The position numbers and the translations under genes are program-made. The notes under the pieces were generated by a model that did no database searches, was not told where the DNA came from, and saw nothing but the letters and a program-made list of their open reading frames with translations. A DNA stretch of 64,000 nt from Eukaryota sp. TZLM1-RC (taxonomy: Eukaryota; Protista; Metamonada: BaSk clade): the NCBI GenBank assembly GCA_040285825.1, contig JAUPSS010000010.1, positions 1-64,000 of the forward strand. The letters are read 5' to 3'. Positions 49,890 to 61,389 of this stretch are shown here, one piece after another (positions within the stretch are counted from its first letter, which is position 1; each line of letters begins with the position of its first letter).

Positions 49890-52800
49890 TATATCAAAGC
49901 TTTCGAAATCATTTTAGGAATTGATTTGAAAATAGTAAAAACAATACGATTTAGCCACAAGCAACGATCAAAACGCTTATTCATTCTTCTTTTTACAAGA
50001 TTTTCAAAATCATCAATAAAATTCATAGCAGTATTTCCAAGACGACCATATAACGATATAGCAAATGGGCAAATTTGGTAATCTACATGGCGAACATGTT
50101 TCAATTCTTTTAAAGGATTTGCATATTTTTTTCGTTTGTACAATTCGGAGTCATCAAGGGGAGATACTTCGGATTGTGCATTTCTCAAGGCATTTTTCTT
50201 GCAAACATCCACTGTTACAACATCAACAACATTCAAAAACATCATCAAACGAGGGCACAACAACATCAGCACGTCGTTTTCCATATTCTGAATCTCTTAC
50301 GCTTTCATTTATATCAAGAGACCTCAGCAAAGGTTCTACAAAAGATTCAATATGATAGGAATTACACATTGCATGGATTTGATCTCATCAGTGACTATTT
50401 AGTGTCCTTGCAGAGTGAAATTGGATGCATCTCTCCTCACATATTTTTTTATCTTAATTTTAATTTATTATTAAACTACAGTCTAAAAGTCAATATCTTC
50501 AAAACAAGCTTCCACACCATCAAACCTCACAACAGCAATTTCTTCGTAATGTGCACTGACAGACATCAAAGCTTTTTGATGAAATTCGAAATCAACTTTC
50601 CTCTCTTTTGGATAATTTTGAAGAAGAATTGATGGTTCTTTCAGATTTAAATATTGAAAAACATCTTAAATTTTTCTTCCTCAGAATTTGTTATTCAGGA
50701 AATTTACTCATATTTTACGATCAACATCACCATCTATTTCTCTCGAATTTTGCAGAATTTTTAATGAATTAAGAACAAAATTTTTGGCTAATTTGCTCGA
50801 TATTGATTCTTCTTTTTTTACGTAGTCATATTTTTTTGTAGCACAGAATTGGGTGGCCTGGATTTTCACAAATCAAAATATTTGTGTAAAGCCGCATTCA
50901 TCGGTGGAGGAAAAAATTTCGTCTTTGAATTTTTGAAACGTTTTCCTGAAAACCAGCATTTAATAGAATGTTGTGTTAGTGACTATTTAGTGTCCTTGCA
51001 GAGTGAAATTGAATGCATCTCTCCTCACATATGGTCCAAATGCTTTCCTGCTGATATTCAAGAAATTCCACCCAGGAGTTTGATTTCCTTGAAATTTGCA
51101 TATGCTAAATTGCAGAAAAAGATATTAAAAGTTTTTGAAAACTTGGATTTCACTGTTCGTCTTAGCTTGGCTAAAGAAAAGAATCCCGTTTTTGCAAACT
51201 TTTTAATTGACCTTAAGGAAAGTAGCTCAAGTTGTCTTATTTCCCAGATTCCAAATGTATATGGTCTATTATTAAATGATCATCAATGGAAAACTGCCTT
51301 CAGGATGAGGTGTTTTCTGTGGCCATGTAGTGTGCCAAATGATTTGATTTGTCGTTGTGGTCAGTTCATTAATCTGAATCATTTATTTAATTGCAAATTT
51401 AATATTACATATCGCTCAGTTGTTCACGATGCTGTTAGAGACCAACTATACGCTATGTGCAAAAGTCATCACATTGAAGCTTTTGTTGAACCACTTGTGC
51501 GAAGGTTGTCATCTGAAAATGAAGATGAAAATACTTTTGGGAAACGCCATGCTGATTTAATTACCCCTGCGTCTGATGGTGTTATTAAAGTTGTTGATGT
51601 TGTTACTGTTGATGTTTGTAAAGACTCAGCAATTGATTTTGCTAAAAGAGATGAAACTCCACTTTGCTTTGCTGAAAAGAGCAAAATCAAAAAGTACAAT
51701 GAACCCTTATCTCAGCTAGGACGTGTTGAGCATGTCAAGTATCAGTTGGTTCCATTTGCTGTTTCTCTTTTTGGTAACATTGGAATATCTGGCATTAAAT
51801 TTCTTAAAGATTTCAGAAGTTTAATAAAAGAAAGAGCAGGAAAAGAATTTCCAGATGTTCATATAACTGCCTATATGGATGACATATCAATAATTGGTCC
51901 AATTGATTCATTGAGAACAATTGCTGAAATTGTTCAACAGCGCTATTATCAAATTGGTCTTTCTCTAAATATTTCCAAATGTTTATTGATTGGTAGAGAG
52001 CCTGCTGATCTCATTATTGATGATCAAAGTGTTCCTTTTATCAATTATTTTGAATCAGGATTTCGTTTTTTTAGGTTGTTATTTAGGCAATTTTGATGAA
52101 ATTCGAAATCAACTTTCCTCTCTTTTGGATAATTTTGAAGAAGAATTGATGGTTCTTTCAGATTTAAATATTGAAAAACATCTTAAATTTTTCTTCCTCA
52201 GAATTTGTTATTCAGGGAAATTTACTCATATTTTACGATCAACATCACCATCTATTTCTCTCGAATTTTGCAGAATTTTTAATGAATTAAGAACAAAATT
52301 TTTGGCCAATTTGCTCGATATTGATTCTTCTTTTTTACGTAGTCATATTTTTTGTAGCACAGAATTGGGAGGCCTGGATTTTCACAAATCAAAATATTTG
52401 TGTAAAGCCGCATCCATCGGTGGAGGAAAAAATTTGGTTTTTGAATTTTTGAAACGTTTTCCTGAAAACCAACAATTCATCAAAATATTTGACCAAAGCT
52501 GCATTTATTGGTGGTGGAAAAAATTTTGTATTTCAATTCTCTAGAAGATATCCTTTTGCCGAAAATCTTCTTGAAACTACAAATAGCCTATTCCTCGATA
52601 ACTTAAGAGAAGAAATATCCAGTTTATCTCCCGACTTATGGCAATCATGTTTCCCCATATCCATTCAAGAAATTCCAGACAGAAGTTTGTATTCTTTAAA
52701 ATTTGCGTTGAAAAAGCTCCAACGACATCTCTTGAAAAAATTTGAAAGCAAGGATTTTATTGTTCGACTTAGCACGGCTAAGAAAGAAAATCCTGCTTTT

Positions 52801-55593
52801 GCAAATTTTTTGATTGATTTGAAGGACAGTTCATCTGCAGTTTTGATAAATCAAATTCCCCAGATTTATGGTCTATTTTTGAATGACGACCAATGGACCA
52901 CTGCTATGAGAATGCGTTGTTATTTATGGCCTTGTAATTTGCCCAATGATTTGTTTTGCAAATGTGGAGCTGGTTTGACATTATCACATTTATTTAATTG
53001 TAATAGATTTATTTCCTATCGCTCTACGTTGCATGATGCAGTCAGAGATCAAATCCATGCAATGTGTAATTCCTATCATATTTTTTTTATTAATTTTAAT
53101 TTATTTTCCAAACCACAGTCTGGGAGAGATGGATTTTTTAGATGTTGATTTATAGGTTTTGAATAAAATTAAAATTTTGGTAAAAAAAACCACAGTCTAA
53201 AAGTCAATATCTTCAAAACAAGCTTCCACACCATCAAACCTCACAGCAGCAATGTGTTCGTAATGTGCACTGACAGACATCAAAGCTTTCGAAATCATTT
53301 TAGGAATTGATTTGAAAATAGTAAAAACAATACGATTTAGCCACAAGCAACGATCAAAACGCTTATTCATTCTTCTTTTTACAAGATTTTCAAAATCATC
53401 AATAAAATTCATAGCAGTATTTCCAAGACGACCATATAACGATATAGCAAATGGGCAAATTTGGTAATCTACATGGCGAACATGTTTCAATTCTTTTAAA
53501 GGATTTGCATATTTTTTTCGTTTGTACAATTCGGAGTCATCAAGGGGAGATACTTCGGATTGTGCATTTCTCAAGGCATTTTTCTTGCAAACATCCACTG
53601 TTACAACATCAACAACATTCAAAACATCATCAAACGAGGGCACAACAACATCAGCACGTCGTTTTCCATATTCTGAATCTCTTACGCTTTCATTTATATC
53701 AAGAGACCTCAGCAAAGGTTCTACAAAAGATTCAATATGATAGGAATTACACATTGCATGGATTTGATCTCATCAGTGACTATTTAGTGTCCTTGCAGAG
53801 TGAAATTGGATGCATCTCTCCTCACATATTTTTTTATCTTAATTTTAATTTATTATTAAACTACAGTCTAAAAGTCAATATCTTCAAAACAAGCTTCCAC
53901 ACCATCAAACCTCACAACAGCAATTTCTTCGTAATGTGCACTGACAGACATCAAAGCTTTTTGATGAAATTCGAAATCAACTTTCCTCTCTTTTGGATAA
54001 TTTTGAAGAAGAATTGATGGTTCTTTCAGATTTAAATATTGAAAAACATCTTAAATTTTTCTTCCTCAGAATTTGTTATTCAGGGAAATTTACTCATATT
54101 TTACGATCAACATCACCATCTATTTCTCTCGAATTTTGCAGAATTTTTAATGAATTAAGAACAAAATTTTTGGCTAATTTGCTCGATATTGATTCTTCTT
54201 TTTTACGTAGTCATATTTTTTGTAGCACAGAATTGGGTGGCCTGGATTTTCACAAATCAAAATATTTGTGTAAAGCCGCATTCATCGGTGGAGGAAAAAA
54301 TTTCGTCTTTGAATTTTTGAAACGTTTTCCTGAAAACCAGCATTTAATAGAATGTTGTGTTAGTGACTATTTAGTGTCCTTGCAGAGTGAAATTGAATGC
54401 ATCTCTCCTCACATATGGTCCAAATGCTTTCCTGCTGATATTCAAGAAATTCCACCCAGGAGTTTGATTTCCTTGAAATTTGCATATGCTAAATTGCAGA
54501 AAAAGATATTAAAAGTTTTTGAAAACTTGGATTTCACTGTTCGTCTTAGCTTGGCTAAAGAAAAGAATCCCGTTTTTGCAAACTTTTTAATTGACCTTAA
54601 GGAAAGTAGCTCAAGTTGTCTTATTTCCCAGATTCCAAATGTATATGGTCTATTATTAAATGATCATCAATGGAAAACTGCCTTCAGGATGAGGTGTTTT
54701 CTGTGGCCATGTAGTGTGCCAAATGATTTGATTTGTCGTTGTGGTCAGTTCATTAATCTGAATCATTTATTTAATTGCAAATTTAATATTACATATCGCT
54801 CAGTTGTTCACGATGCTGTTAGAGACCAACTATACGCTATGTGCAAAAAGTCATCACATTGAAGCTTTTGTTGAACCACTTGTGCGAAGGTTGTCATCTG
54901 AAAATGAAGATGAAAATACTTTTGGGAAACGCCGTGCTGATTTAATTACCCCTGCGTCTGATGGTGTTATTAAAGTTGTTGATGTTGTTACTGTTGATGT
55001 TTGTAAAGACTCAGCAATTGATTTTTGCTAAAAGAGATGAAACTCCACTTTGCTTTTGCTGAAAAGAGCAAAATCAAAAAGTACAATGAACCCTTATCTC
55101 AGCTAGGACGTGTTGAGTATGTCAAGTATCAGTTGGTTCCATTTGCTGTTTCTCTTTTTGGTAACATTGGAATATCTGGCATTAAATTTCTTAAAGATTT
55201 CAGAAGTTTAATAAAAGAAAGAGCAGGAAAAGAATTTCCAGATGTTCATATAACTGCCTATATGGATGACATATCAATAATTGGTCCAATTGATTCATTG
55301 AGAACAATTGCTGAAATTGTTCAACAGCGCTATTATCAAATTGGTCTTTCTCTAAATACTTCCAAATGTTTATTGATTGGTAGAGAGCCTGCTGATCTCA
55401 TTATTGATGATCAAAGTGTTCCTTTTATCAATTATTTTGAATCAGGATTTCGTTTTTTAGGTTGTTATTTAGGCAATTTTGATGAAATTCGAAATCAACT
55501 TTCCTCTCTTTTGGATAATTTTGAAGAAGAATTGATGGTTCTTTCAGATTTAAATATTGAAAAACATCTTAAATTTTTCTTCCTCAGAATTTG
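49890..55593. repeat. Direct duplication, period ~3.38 kb, of a B(-)/D(+) mosaic (49890-52210 and 53280-55593)
   Basis: Identical junctions gatctcatcagtgac (50381/53766), aaagctttttgatg (~50570/~53955) and the D-to-D fusion (51845/55235). Confidence 0.87.
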
Positions 55594-55773
55594 TACTGGT
55601 TATATTTTTATTCAACAACAAATATGAAATACACAATTAAAACTCCACATCCTCAAAACCTGCCTCCCCTACATCAAAACAATTAATTGCTAAAGATTCA
55701 GAAAATTTCCCAAAAGAAGATAGTGAATCAGAAATTAGTTTTACCATTCCCTTAAAAATAGAAAATACAATCC
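55594..55773 (-). mobile_element. Family C 3' end
   Basis: Reverse complement of RIVFSIFKG..FEDVEF-stop and the C 3' UTR. Confidence 0.85.
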
Positions 55774-56625
55774 TCAATAACAACCTAAAAAACGAAATCC
55801 TGATTCAAAATAATTGATAAAAGGAACACTTTGATCATCAATAATGAGATCAGCAGGCTCTCTACCAATCAATAAACATTTGGAAATATTTAGAGAAAGA
55901 CCAATTTGATAATAGCGCTGTTGAACAATTTCAGCAATTGTTCTCAATGAATCAATTGGACCAATTATTGATATGTCATCCATATAAGCAGTTATATGAA
56001 CATCTGGAAATTCTTGTTTTAATTCACACATCAAAGGATGGATAGCAAGGCAGAAAAAGAAAGGACCTAATGAATCACCTTGTTTGACACCAGATGATGA
56101 TATTAGATTGAATTCCTCATAAACAAGAGTCGACTGTGAGCCATAAAAATTGTAAAAGAACGACTCAGCTTCTGGAAAATGAGTTTGAAGCAAGGGCAAG
56201 ATGGACGACCTCTTCACTGCATTGAAAGCGTTTTTAAAATCTAAATTAAAAATATAATTCGAAGTATTTGAATTAAAAAAGACATCAGAAGAGAGTGCTG
56301 CAGAAGATGCACCATCAACTGTTTTAATTCCAAATTGGAAAGGACTAAAAAAATCTTTAGCTTTTTTACCAATCCTGCCAAACACAGCTGAAGCAAGAAT
56401 ACGAGACAAAGATTCACCAATTGCAATAGGCCTTATTTTTGATTCATTCTTTTTTAAAGCAATTAAGCGTGAACTTGTCATTTCAGATGGAAGCTTGATT
56501 TTTAATGTTAAAATTTTGTTGAAAAAGAAAACCAAATCATCAATGCATTCAGGACATTGGTTTATCGTGGATTTTAACATGTCAAAAGTGATCATTGATG
56601 GACCAGGCGCTTTTCCAGATGGTAA
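55774..56625 (-). mobile_element. Family D RT core fragment
   Basis: 273-aa ORF with RPIAIGE, FQFG, LDFKNAFN, GVKQGDSLGP, YMDD, FLG. Confidence 0.92.
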
Positions 56626-57368
56626 ACCTTTTGGGGACGAGAACCTGATTTTTGTTCAAGGAAGAATTTCCAAATAGAAAAAACATCCCATTCTCCTTTT
56701 TTCAAAGCAAGACTGAATGTTCTAAACGCAACAGAAAAGGAAACGGAAGCCTTGGGACTGAGAACATTCGGAATCTTACATGGAGGCCGTAGTGTATCAA
56801 GCGAGGAGCAAACATGGCATACATATAAATTATTTTTTAAAATATATCTTTCAGCTTTTTCATTACAAATAGCACAATTATCAATTTGACTTGCTTCAAG
56901 GGGAATATCTAACATCACTGCATCATTGTCTTCTGCAGTGCACTCATGTTTGGGAGGTAAATTAAATTCTAAATTATTTAATTCAGCAGCAGCGGCAGTT
57001 ACAGAATAAGAAGTAGATGGATTTTGATAATTTTCACACTTTTTAGAATTTTTTTTATGACCAAGTTGATGACAGGATGAGCAACGGGGAACATTTTTTA
57101 AGAGTTTTGTGTTTTTAGCGGCACACTGATCATTTTTTGAATTTGAATTTGTTTGAGAAGAATTTCGAGCATAGCTTGGAGGGTGGGGAGAGTGGAGGAG
57201 TGAAGGGGATGAGCTTGATCTGACGGGTAGAACCTTCACTTGGGCATTCCAATCAGTATCGGAGTCACTATCGGTCACTGGCATTGTTTTGGCAAAGACA
57301 CAGTACAACTTTGACGCCGACACAGAAAGTGAAATATGAGAGGCTTGACCAAGGGAGGGAGAAAAAAA
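56626..57368 (-). mobile_element. Family B 5' end (leader and N-terminal zinc motifs)
   Basis: T-tract-CTCCCTCCCTTGG leader; MPVTDSDSDTDW..CSSCHQLGH..CAIC..CHVC in one open frame. Confidence 0.9.
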
Positions 57369-57568
57369 TAAAAATAAAACTTTAAATATCATTAAGCAAA
57401 AATACCCTTCTATAAAAATAGTTGCTTATATGGATGATATATCCTTGATTGGTTCATTTAATTTACTAGAATTGGTTGCTCAAGAAATTGCCGATTCATA
57501 TGAAAATATTGGGCTTTATCTTAATGCGAACAAATGCCTTCTGATTGGCTCTTCTGCTCAAGATCTTG

Positions 57569-60181
57569 TGATAAACGATTCTATTGTCCCTTTTACTAAT
57601 TATAGTAGTGATGCTTTTAAGTTCCTTGGTTGTTGGTTAGGAAACGTGCCTCAAATTCAGAATGAATTGCAAGTTATTTTGGAAAAAATGAAAATTGAAC
57701 TTGATTCAATTTCTTCTTTAGATATAGAAAAACATATTAAATTTTTCATGCTTAAAATTTGCTACACTGGGAGAATAACCCACATTTTGAGATCTTGTGC
57801 TCCTTCCATAGCATTAGATTTTTGTCGTTCATTTAATTCATTGAGAACAGAATTTTTTGCTGATTTATTGGATGTAGAACCAGGAATGTTGAAAAGTCAC
57901 TTATTTTCTTCAGCAAATTTGGGTGGTATTGGATTTACTAAATCTTCAATTTTGGGTCAATCAGCATTCTTGGGTGGTGGCAAAAATTTTATTTATGAAT
58001 TTTCTCGTAGATTTCCTGATGATTCTCATCTGTTAGTTCCCAATTGCAGTCCTTATTTGTACCAAATGTTTTCCTCAATCAATTCAAGAAATTCCAAACC
58101 GATCTCTTATGATAAACGATTCTATTGTCCCTTTTACTAATTATAGTAGTGATGCTTTTAAGTTCCTTGGTTGTTGGTTAGGAAACGTGCCTCAAATTCA
58201 GAATGAATTGCAAGTTATTTTGGAAAAAATGAAAATTGAACTTGATTCAATTTCTTCTTTAGATTAGAAAAGCATATTAAATTTTTCATGCTTAAAATTT
58301 GCTACACTGGGAGAATAACCCACATTTTGAGATCTTGTGCTCCTTCCATAGCATTAGATTTTTGTCGTTCATTTAATTCATTGAGAACAGAATTTTTTGC
58401 TGATTTATTGGATGTAGAACCAGGATTGTTGAAAAGTCACTTATTTTCTTCAGCAAATTTGGGTGGTATTGGATTTACTAAATCTTCAATTTTGTGTCAA
58501 TCAGCATTCTTGGGTGGTGGCAAAAATTTTATTTATGAATTTTCTCGTAGATTTCCTGATGATTCTCATCTGTTAGTTCCCAATTGCAGTCCATAATTGT
58601 ACCAAATGTTTTCCTCAATCAATTCAAGAAATTCCAAACCGATCTCTTATGATAAACGATTCTATTGTCCCTTTTACTAATTATAGTAGTGATGCTTTTA
58701 AGTTCCTTGGTTGTTGGTTTTTTTTAAATTAAATTTTAATTTATAAAAAAATAAAGGTTGTTATAAAGGTTGTTGGTTAGGAAACGTGCCTCAAATTCAG
58801 AATGAATTGCAAGTTATTTTGGAAAAAATGAAAATTGAACTTGATTCAATTTCTTCTTTAGATATAGAAAAACATATTAAATTTTTCATGCTTAAAATTT
58901 GCTACACTGGGAGAATAACCCACATTTTGAGATCTTGTGCTCCTTCCATAGCATTAGATTTTTGTCGTTCATTTAATTCATTGAGAACAGAATTTTTTGC
59001 TGATTTATTGGATGTAGAACCAGGAATGTTGAAAAGTCACTTATTTTCTTCAGCAAATTTGGGTGGTATTGGATTTACTAAATCTTCAATTTTGTGTCAA
59101 TCAGCATTCTTGGGTGGTGGCAAAAATTTTATTTATGAATTTTCTCGTAGATTTCCTGATGATTCTCATCTGTTAGTTCCCAATTGCAGTCCTTATTTGT
59201 ACCAAATGTTTTCCTCAATCAATTCAAGAAATTCCAAACCGATCTCTTATGATAAACGATTCTATTGTCCCTTTTACTAATTATAGTAGTGATGCTTTTA
59301 AGTTCCTTGGTTGTTGGTTAGGAAACGTGCCTCAAATTCAGAATGAATTGCAAGTTATTTTGGAAAAAATGAAAATTGAACTTGATTCAATTTCTTCTTT
59401 AGATTAGAAAAGCATATTAAATTTTTCATGCTTAAAATTTGCTACACTGGGAGAATAACCCACATTTTGAGATCTTGTGCTCCTTCCATAGCATTAGATT
59501 TTTGTCGTTCATTTAATTCATTGAGAACAGAATTTTTTGCTGATTTATTGGATGTAGAACCTGGATTGTTGAAAAGTCACTTATTTTCTTCAGCATATTT
59601 GGGTGGTATTGGATTTACTAAATCTTCAATTTTGTGTCAATCAGCATTCTTGGGTGGTGGCAAAAATTTTATTTATGAATTTTCTCGTAGATTTCCTGAT
59701 GATTCTCATCTGTTAGTTCCCAATTGCAGTCCTTAATTGTACCAAATGTTTTCCTCAATCAATTCAAGAAATTCCAAACCGATCTCTTATGATAAACGAT
59801 TCTATTGTCCCTTTTACTAATTATAGTAGTGATGCTTTTAAGTTCCTTGGTTGTTGGTTTTTTTTAAATTAAATTTTAATTTATAAAAAAATAAAGGTTG
59901 TTATAAAGGTTGTTGGTTAGGAAACGTGCCTCAAATTCAGAATGAATTGCAAGTTATTTTGGAAAAATGAAAATTGAACTTGATTCAATTTCTTCTTTAG
60001 ATATAGAAAAGCATATTAAATCTTTCATGCTTAAAATTTGCTACACTGGGAGAATAACCCACATTTTGAGATCTTGTGCCTTTCCATAGCATTAGATTTT
60101 TGTCGTTCATTTAATTCATTGAGAACAGAATTTTTTGCTGATTTATTGGATGTAGAACCAGGATTGTTGAAAAGTCACTTA
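57569..60181 (+). repeat. Tandem array of a 540-bp internal family A segment with a 1140-bp higher-order period
   Basis: Landmark aattcaagaaattccaaaccgatctcttatgataaacg at 58081, 58621, 59221, 59761 (spacings 540, 600, 540). Confidence 0.92.
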
Positions 60182-61312
60182 GTTTTTTTAGACGACTTTT
60201 TATTTATTTAAACAGATATGTTAAAAACTAAAAATCTATTTCCTCAAACTCCACATCTACCATTGAAAATTTACCTTCAACCTTTTCTTCATAATATCTT
60301 CCTAGTGATAACAACGAGCTAGAAACAAGGCTATGCATCCCCTTAAAAATGGAAAATACAATTCTATTTTGCCAAAAGGTTCGGTCAAATATTCTTCCAG
60401 TTCTATTTTTGACAATAGTAGAGAAATCATCTAGAAATGATAAAGCGGTTTTACCCAAGGTTCCAAATAAAGAAAAAGCAAAAGGACAAAGAAGGTATTG
60501 AGTATGTGAGTTGGAATTCAGATTATTGATTTTTTCCGTGTACTTGATAATTTTCGCTTCTTCAGCTCTACGTAAAGGTGAATTATAAGATTGTGCCAGT
60601 TTTTCATTTGAGCTGTTTGATACATCAGTAGATCTGACATCAATAATAATCATTGATCCATCAAGACCGGGAACTAGCACATCACCACGGCTGTCACCAA
60701 AAGAATTTTTGTCAGATTCATCAGCCAGATTTGAAAGCAAAGGTTCTAAAAAAGATTCAATCCGGTAGGACTTAAACATACAATAGAGCTGATCACGAAC
60801 TGCATCATGCACTTTTGATCTAAAAGTAATAAATCGATTACAATTAAATAAATGGGTTGGAGTGACAGACTTTCCACATTTGCAAATTAATCCATGAGGA
60901 AGATTATCAGGCCAAATAAAAGATCGAAGACGCATAGATAACAAAAAGCAAGGGTCATTGAGAAACAAACCATAAACTCTTGGTACTTGATTAATCAAAC
61001 AAGAGGCAGAACTATCACAAACATCCAGTAAAAAATTTGCAAAAGCGGGATTTTTTTTCTTGGCCATGCCAAGACGTACTTCATAATCCAAGCCTTCAAT
61101 TATTACTGTCAGTTTTTGTTTAAGCTTCTTCACACAATACCTTAAATTAACTAAATTTCGTGGAGGAATTTCTTGAACTGAGTCGGGAAAGCATTGACAC
61201 CAAATTTCTGGTGCAATTTTATTAATAGCAACATCAAGGTCATACAAATATTTTGAAAATGATGGACTAAGCAAATGAATATCTTCAGGGAAAAGATTAA
61301 GAAATTGAAAAA
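60182..61312 (-). mobile_element. 5'-truncated family F (single copy) inserted in A
   Basis: Intact 367-aa ORF ending VDVEFEEIDF, its own 3' UTR and poly(A); CACTTA duplicated at 60176 and 61390. Confidence 0.9.
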
Positions 61313-61389
61313 TAAAAACACTAATTTTCACAAAACACTTATTTTTTTATTTATTTTTTTATTTTATTTTTTTTTATGTTTTTTTTAAA

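Noticed and set aside
50849-52096. Long ORFs with RLE preceding RT (also 61683-62423) as novel domain-permuted genes
   Set aside because: Explained by in-frame rearrangement junctions between element fragments.
55585-55600. Insertion hotspot in D at AGAATTTGT (also 62388)
   Set aside because: The C tail at 55594 lacks poly(A) and a TSD, so only one true insertion is demonstrated at this site.
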